Shown one piece after another: positions 59,696-64,000 of a stretch of 64,000 bases of DNA. Made by a program: the position numbers and the translations under genes. The stretch covers positions 1,680 through 65,679 of the forward strand of contig JAAUZI010000049.1 in NCBI GenBank assembly GCA_014804645.1. Reading direction: 5' to 3'. The notes beneath the pieces were generated by a model. That model had not been told where the DNA came from. It saw only the letters and a list, made by a program, of their open reading frames with translations, and did not search any database. This DNA is from Lachnospiraceae bacterium (GTDB lineage: Bacteria > Bacillota > Clostridia > Lachnospirales > Lachnospiraceae). Every line of letters begins with the position of its first letter. Position 1 is the first letter of the stretch.

Positions 59696-60544
59696 TTAAG
59701 GATTCGACTCTGACATCATTAAAAATTCAAAGATATCCTTTACGGAATGAAAAGTATATGTAGGCTTGATATCTCCGCGTTCAATATCTTCCGTTGTTGC
59801 CTCGCCTGTCAGTACGCAAATAGCTGTTACGCCCGCATTCAATCCGGCTGCAATATCTGTGTATAATCTGTCTCCTATAACGCAGGTCTCCTCGGTATTA
59901 TAACCAAACTTTTCTCTGACGATGTCAATCATTGTTGGTTCTGGCTTTCCGATATATATTGGCGCTTTGCCTGTCACAGCGTATATCATATTACACATAG
60001 AACCACAGTCGGGAATATAGCCAAAACTTACCGGACATCTCAAATCCTGATTTGTAGCAATAAACGGAATCTCTCTCTGCAATAGCTCACAGGTTTTCCT
60101 CAATTTTGCGCTGGTCAATTCCGTATCAAATCCAACTAATACAAGGTCTACATCATCCTCTACCTCTTCGGTAACTAGAATCCCCTCCGCCATCAGTTCC
60201 TTAACAAAAGAACGAGTACCCTGACAATACACTTTTGTTCCGGGATGATTCTTTTTTAAGTACATGATAGTGGCCTGCGCAGATGTGAAGAAATTGTCGA
60301 AATTAGCTTTTATTCCTAATCGATTGACCTTTTTGACATAGTCAATAACAGATTTAGAGGAATTGTTAGTTATAAACACATATTTTCCTCCATTTTGCTC
60401 TATAAGGTCTAGCAGCTGAGATGTGCCGTCAAAAACAGTTTCCTCTTCGTATATCGTTCCGTCCATATCGAAAAGAAAAAGTAGCTTTGCAGTTAATTCT
60501 GCTGGGTATTGTCCCCATACATCTGTCAATGGTTTATAGTTCAT
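59696..60544 (-). CDS. HAD-IIA hydrolase/phosphotransferase (Gtp3-like)
   Basis: DMDGTIY, TNNSS, GKPEP, IGDRLYTDI. Confidence 0.88.
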   Translation of the reverse strand: MNYKPLTDVWGQYPAELTAKLLFLFDMDGTIYEEETVFDGTSQLLDLIEQNGGKYVFITNNSSKSVIDYVKKVNRLGIKANFDNFFTSAQATIMYLKKNHPGTKVYCQGTRSFVKELMAEGILVTEEVEDDVDLVLVGFDTELTSAKLRKTCELLQREIPFIATNQDLRCPVSFGYIPDCGSMCNMIYAVTGKAPIYIGKPEPTMIDIVREKFGYNTEETCVIGDRLYTDIAAGLNAGVTAICVLTGEATTEDIERGDIKPTYTFHSVKDIFEFLMMSESNP

Positions 60545-60549
60545 CGCTC

Positions 60550-61278
60550 TTAATCCTTAAAAAGTTTTTCGGCTGCGGCAAGATCCTCATGGTTATCGAT
60601 TTCCAGCCAGCGTCCGTCGAGAGGGCAGGCTATAAATTCGATTTCGTTCAGAATATCGTTAAGTGCTACCTCGCTCCATTTTTTCATTTCCTTCAGCATC
60701 TCAATATACTCTGCACATTTCTTGAAGAAAGCCTTACCACCCTCGGCCGAAAACTTATAAACATCAATAGAGACGCCGAGTGCATCCTCCGGTGCAATGG
60801 TTTTAGATATTTCTACGATCCTTCCGTTTCTCTCGACTACTTTCATGGATTCTTCAAGATATCGTCCAATATCAGTAACGATAGCATTGCTCGCGTTACA
60901 TTCCAACAATGCCTTGACGACAGAAGCATCATAAAAAACATCCGCATTCATCATAAGAAATGCATGACCTTCTACCGCCAATCTGCCGAGATATGCGGAA
61001 TACATATTATTGGTAGTTGCATAATCCACGTTCTCTATTATCTGAATCTCAGGGTGTCTTTCATGCACTGTTTTTTCAAGAATATCTGCCTTGTATCCGG
61101 AAATAATTGTGATGTTGTACACTCCGTTTTTATGCAAATTATCAATTTGTTTCAGCAAAATGGGGGTTCCATTTACTGGAACCAAAGACTTGGGTTTGTC
61201 GTTTGTAATAGGGGCCAATCTCGTTCCAAGACCAGCAGCTAAAATAAGTACTCGGATTTCTTTAGCATCAATGACCAT
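60550..61278 (-). CDS. LicC-like cytidylyltransferase (Gtp2-like)
   Basis: ILAAGLGTRL, PKSL, TNNMYS, WLEIDN.EDL. Confidence 0.88.
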   Translation of the reverse strand: MVIDAKEIRVLILAAGLGTRLAPITNDKPKSLVPVNGTPILLKQIDNLHKNGVYNITIISGYKADILEKTVHERHPEIQIIENVDYATTNNMYSAYLGRLAVEGHAFLMMNADVFYDASVVKALLECNASNAIVTDIGRYLEESMKVVERNGRIVEISKTIAPEDALGVSIDVYKFSAEGGKAFFKKCAEYIEMLKEMKKWSEVALNDILNEIEFIACPLDGRWLEIDNHEDLAAAEKLFKD

Positions 61279-61317
61279 TTCTTTGCGCCTTTCTTGTGAA
61301 TGATTAAATGCAATAAA

Positions 61318-62349
61318 CTATAGTTCTTCAACCAGTTCCCGATATACTTGCTTAAGCCTGGCTGTATTCAGGTTGATCTCATGTAAGTAGGTATACCGAT
61401 TTTTTCGCATTCTGGTTGCATTCTGCATACAATACACAAAAGTATCCTCATCAATTCCAAGAGACTTTGGATTTACATTCACTTTAAATTTATGAAGATA
61501 ATCCACAACCTCTGTTTGATCATGCTCTATCAGTTTTAGAACAGCGACCGTCCCTAAGCCAGTTTGGATGCCATGCAAATTTTTTGTTTCACTAAAATAG
61601 TCCAGTGCGTGACTGAACAGATGCTCTGAACCGCTGACGGGCCTGCTGCTTCCGGCAAAATCCATTGCTATTCCCGAAAGAACCAGTGAATTTACAAGGA
61701 CTTCTACAAACTCCGAGCAAATACGATCAAACTGAGTTTTCATCAAAGCATCCAAGGAGTTTTTAGACATAAGGTGCGCATATCCGTTCATTTTGTCCTT
61801 TTCTCGCTCGCATGCAAGTTCCCAATCGAGAAGAGCCATATAATTTGATATTGTGTCTCCAATACCGGCCTTGATCAATTGAGTCGGTCCGGAACAAATA
61901 ACTTTTGTGTCAATAATTATCATACTGGCCATAGAACTGCCTAGACTCTTGGGCTTACCATCCTGTCTTTTCAAGACAGCTACAGGTGAGGCCAATCCGT
62001 CATTTGCGGCAGTAGTGGGAATAGAAAGAAAAGGTGTTTTGGATACATATGAAGCATATTTACATACATCAAGAACCTTTCCGCCTCCCATACCGACAAT
62101 ACAGCTTATATCTGTGGCAATAACTCTTTCTGCTATGGACATTGCGTAAGATATTGTATTGTGGTCAACATATTCCTCCTTTAACCTTCCTACTTCGCGA
62201 ATTTGCTTCTTTATGCCATCTCCATAAAGTCCGTCAACAATAGCGTCCGATACATAGAGTATTTTTCCGGATATATTTTCGGCGGTAAGCACTTCGCCAA
62301 CTTGCTCAATTGCGTTAAGGCCTATCTTTAATACTTTTGTCTGTTCCAT
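61318..62349 (-). CDS. Glycerol-1-phosphate-dehydrogenase-like metal-dependent dehydrogenase (Gtp1-like)
   Basis: GGGKVLDVCK, PTTAANDG.ASP, SSRPVSGSEHLFSHA, LHG. Confidence 0.88.
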   Translation of the reverse strand: MEQTKVLKIGLNAIEQVGEVLTAENISGKILYVSDAIVDGLYGDGIKKQIREVGRLKEEYVDHNTISYAMSIAERVIATDISCIVGMGGGKVLDVCKYASYVSKTPFLSIPTTAANDGLASPVAVLKRQDGKPKSLGSSMASMIIIDTKVICSGPTQLIKAGIGDTISNYMALLDWELACEREKDKMNGYAHLMSKNSLDALMKTQFDRICSEFVEVLVNSLVLSGIAMDFAGSSRPVSGSEHLFSHALDYFSETKNLHGIQTGLGTVAVLKLIEHDQTEVVDYLHKFKVNVNPKSLGIDEDTFVYCMQNATRMRKNRYTYLHEINLNTARLKQVYRELVEEL

Positions 62350-63988
62350 TATTTTTAGCTCCCAGTGAGTATAAATTCCGTTTAATCATTTTGGACATAT
62401 CCAGATATGCACCATCGTTTAAGTGCCATGGGAAACAGCCGTGTCTGAACGCTTTGTTTGTCATATAAGAATCCAATTCCAATACATCAAAAAATACGGA
62501 CTCCGGACTTCTTTGCTCAGCTATTTGATAGCATTTTTCTAGGTTACAATTGATTTTTTCAATTTGAAAGCTATTTTCAAACGGATAATTACCGTCATCA
62601 TCGTAATAGGTGCTTGCCAATTTACTTTTTATAAATATAACTTTATTCAGGTCCACATATTTGCTAAGTTGGCATATAAATCGTTCAAATGATTCCTTCC
62701 ACAATTCAAACCATTCATCGGAAAAACTTTCGATGACGGTATATTGAAGGTCGACGGTATCTTTGATATCCTTAAAATAATCGCTGAGCGTGAAAAATTC
62801 GCCTTTTGTTGTTTTACCAATGTCAAATCTTTCATCCAAAAAATCCACAAGTATGTAATCAACGTCTTTAAATCTACCGGGATTTAAATGTGTAAATGTT
62901 TTTTCGAAATCGTAAAAAATACAAGTCTCCCTAAAGGAATTTTTATGATGAATGTTTGTTTTCAACAACTCTGTGTTTGACTCACCCATGCAGCTGATCA
63001 CGCTTTCCCCGCCATAATAGTCTGACAGTGTTTCTGTATCCGCCACCTGCATAAAAATCTTAGCTACGATCATGAGGTTGTAACTTCCAAAAGTATATAC
63101 CTTGGGGAGTTTCCATGAGTTCATTCCTAATTTGTTTACATAGTTATTCTGCTTATCCTCAAACGTTACATATACTCTATTGGCCAATCCCTTAACACAA
63201 CGAAGATTAATCTGACATCTCTCAACTATGTATTCCTTCAATTGGCTCTCATAGGTATTGTATATTCCCCGGTTTCTAAATTCATTGAGCAATGTATCGA
63301 TGCAACGGATGCGGTCGTCAATCTTATTAATACTGTTAACTGTACTTCCGGAGTTATTTCTATAATGATATACGACCTTCCGTATAAAGAGGATCGAACT
63401 TGCCGATGCATATAACAGCGGCATTATCGCAATATCTTCAAAGTAGTGGTTTGGAAAACGAATATTATTGACATCAAAAATTTCCTTTTTAATCAATCTT
63501 GAATGTACATATGTTGTTATTTGGAAGATAGTTTCCATCAGCTTGTTTCCGGACAGTATCTCCCCGTCATACTCTTTTAATATTGTAGATTCAGAATTGT
63601 CATCTAAACCTGTTTTGGAAATTAAGCCGATTACAATATCCGTACGATTTTCTTCAATAGATTTTCTCAGGCAGGAAACACAATCAGGCTCAAGCCAATC
63701 GTCTGCATCTACGAACATGATATACTGACCGGTAGCAAGCTCTATTCCCTTATTTCTTGCTATCCCCTGTCCCGAATTTTCTTCCTGGACGGCAATGATC
63801 CGATTATCTCGATTTATCCATTTTTGCATAATATGGAAACTTCCATCCGTTGAACCGTCATCAATTAGTATTATCTGTAATTTTGCATATGTCTGATTGA
63901 CGATGGATTCCAAACAACAATCCAAATATTTTTCTGCATTATATACAGGAACAATTATACTTACCATAGCGCCCTCACAAAAGTTCAT
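62315..63988 (-). CDS. GT2 glycosyltransferase with uncharacterised C-terminal domain
   Basis: VSIIVPVYN, IDDGSTD, FVDADD, FED; start 63988 or 63967. Confidence 0.88.
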   Translation of the reverse strand: MNFCEGAMVSIIVPVYNAEKYLDCCLESIVNQTYAKLQIILIDDGSTDGSFHIMQKWINRDNRIIAVQEENSGQGIARNKGIELATGQYIMFVDADDWLEPDCVSCLRKSIEENRTDIVIGLISKTGLDDNSESTILKEYDGEILSGNKLMETIFQITTYVHSRLIKKEIFDVNNIRFPNHYFEDIAIMPLLYASASSILFIRKVVYHYRNNSGSTVNSINKIDDRIRCIDTLLNEFRNRGIYNTYESQLKEYIVERCQINLRCVKGLANRVYVTFEDKQNNYVNKLGMNSWKLPKVYTFGSYNLMIVAKIFMQVADTETLSDYYGGESVISCMGESNTELLKTNIHHKNSFRETCIFYDFEKTFTHLNPGRFKDVDYILVDFLDERFDIGKTTKGEFFTLSDYFKDIKDTVDLQYTVIESFSDEWFELWKESFERFICQLSKYVDLNKVIFIKSKLASTYYDDDGNYPFENSFQIEKINCNLEKCYQIAEQRSPESVFFDVLELDSYMTNKAFRHGCFPWHLNDGAYLDMSKMIKRNLYSLGAKNNGTDKSIKDRP

Positions 63989-64000
63989 CTTAACAATTGG

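Noticed and set aside
1-64000. tRNA, rRNA or prophage genes
   Set aside because: No cloverleaf, rRNA-like or phage hallmark sequences recognised.

Overview
Chromosomal window from a flagellated Firmicute; the ribosomal protein and flagellin sequences suggest Lachnospiraceae. 1-15 kb: MacAB-like ABC exporter with two membrane-fusion proteins, PHP hydrolase, soluble PocR-MCP chemoreceptor, GH2 beta-mannosidase, pepF and a methyltransferase. 15.2-33.1 kb: complete S10-spc-alpha ribosomal protein supercluster, including rpmJ, which the ORF track misses. 33-48.8 kb: the conserved rplQ-ecfAAT-truA-rplM-rpsI order, interrupted by two inserts; one is a BlaI repressor with two tandem ~1120-aa M56 peptidase/solute-binding-protein fusions. 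49-58.5 kb: tandem XRE pair, sigma-28 flagellin, three LicD-family genes and a duplicated Rpn-type nuclease module. 58.5-64 kb: AT-rich convergent glycan locus with a gtp1-gtp2-gtp3-like (CDP-glycerol) trio. The strongest unexplained signal is a dispersed structured-RNA family: 6 canonical copies plus 1 variant at 6 intergenic sites, five in the ribosomal operons and one after ecfT. The stem sequences differ but the geometry is fixed (basal stem, 3' bulge, 8-9-bp stem, A-A mismatch, 7-bp stem, RAARNAC heptaloop, abutting AAGAAT/ATTCTT hairpin). No tRNA, rRNA or CRISPR array was seen. All calls come from reading the sequence and translations; no searches were run.
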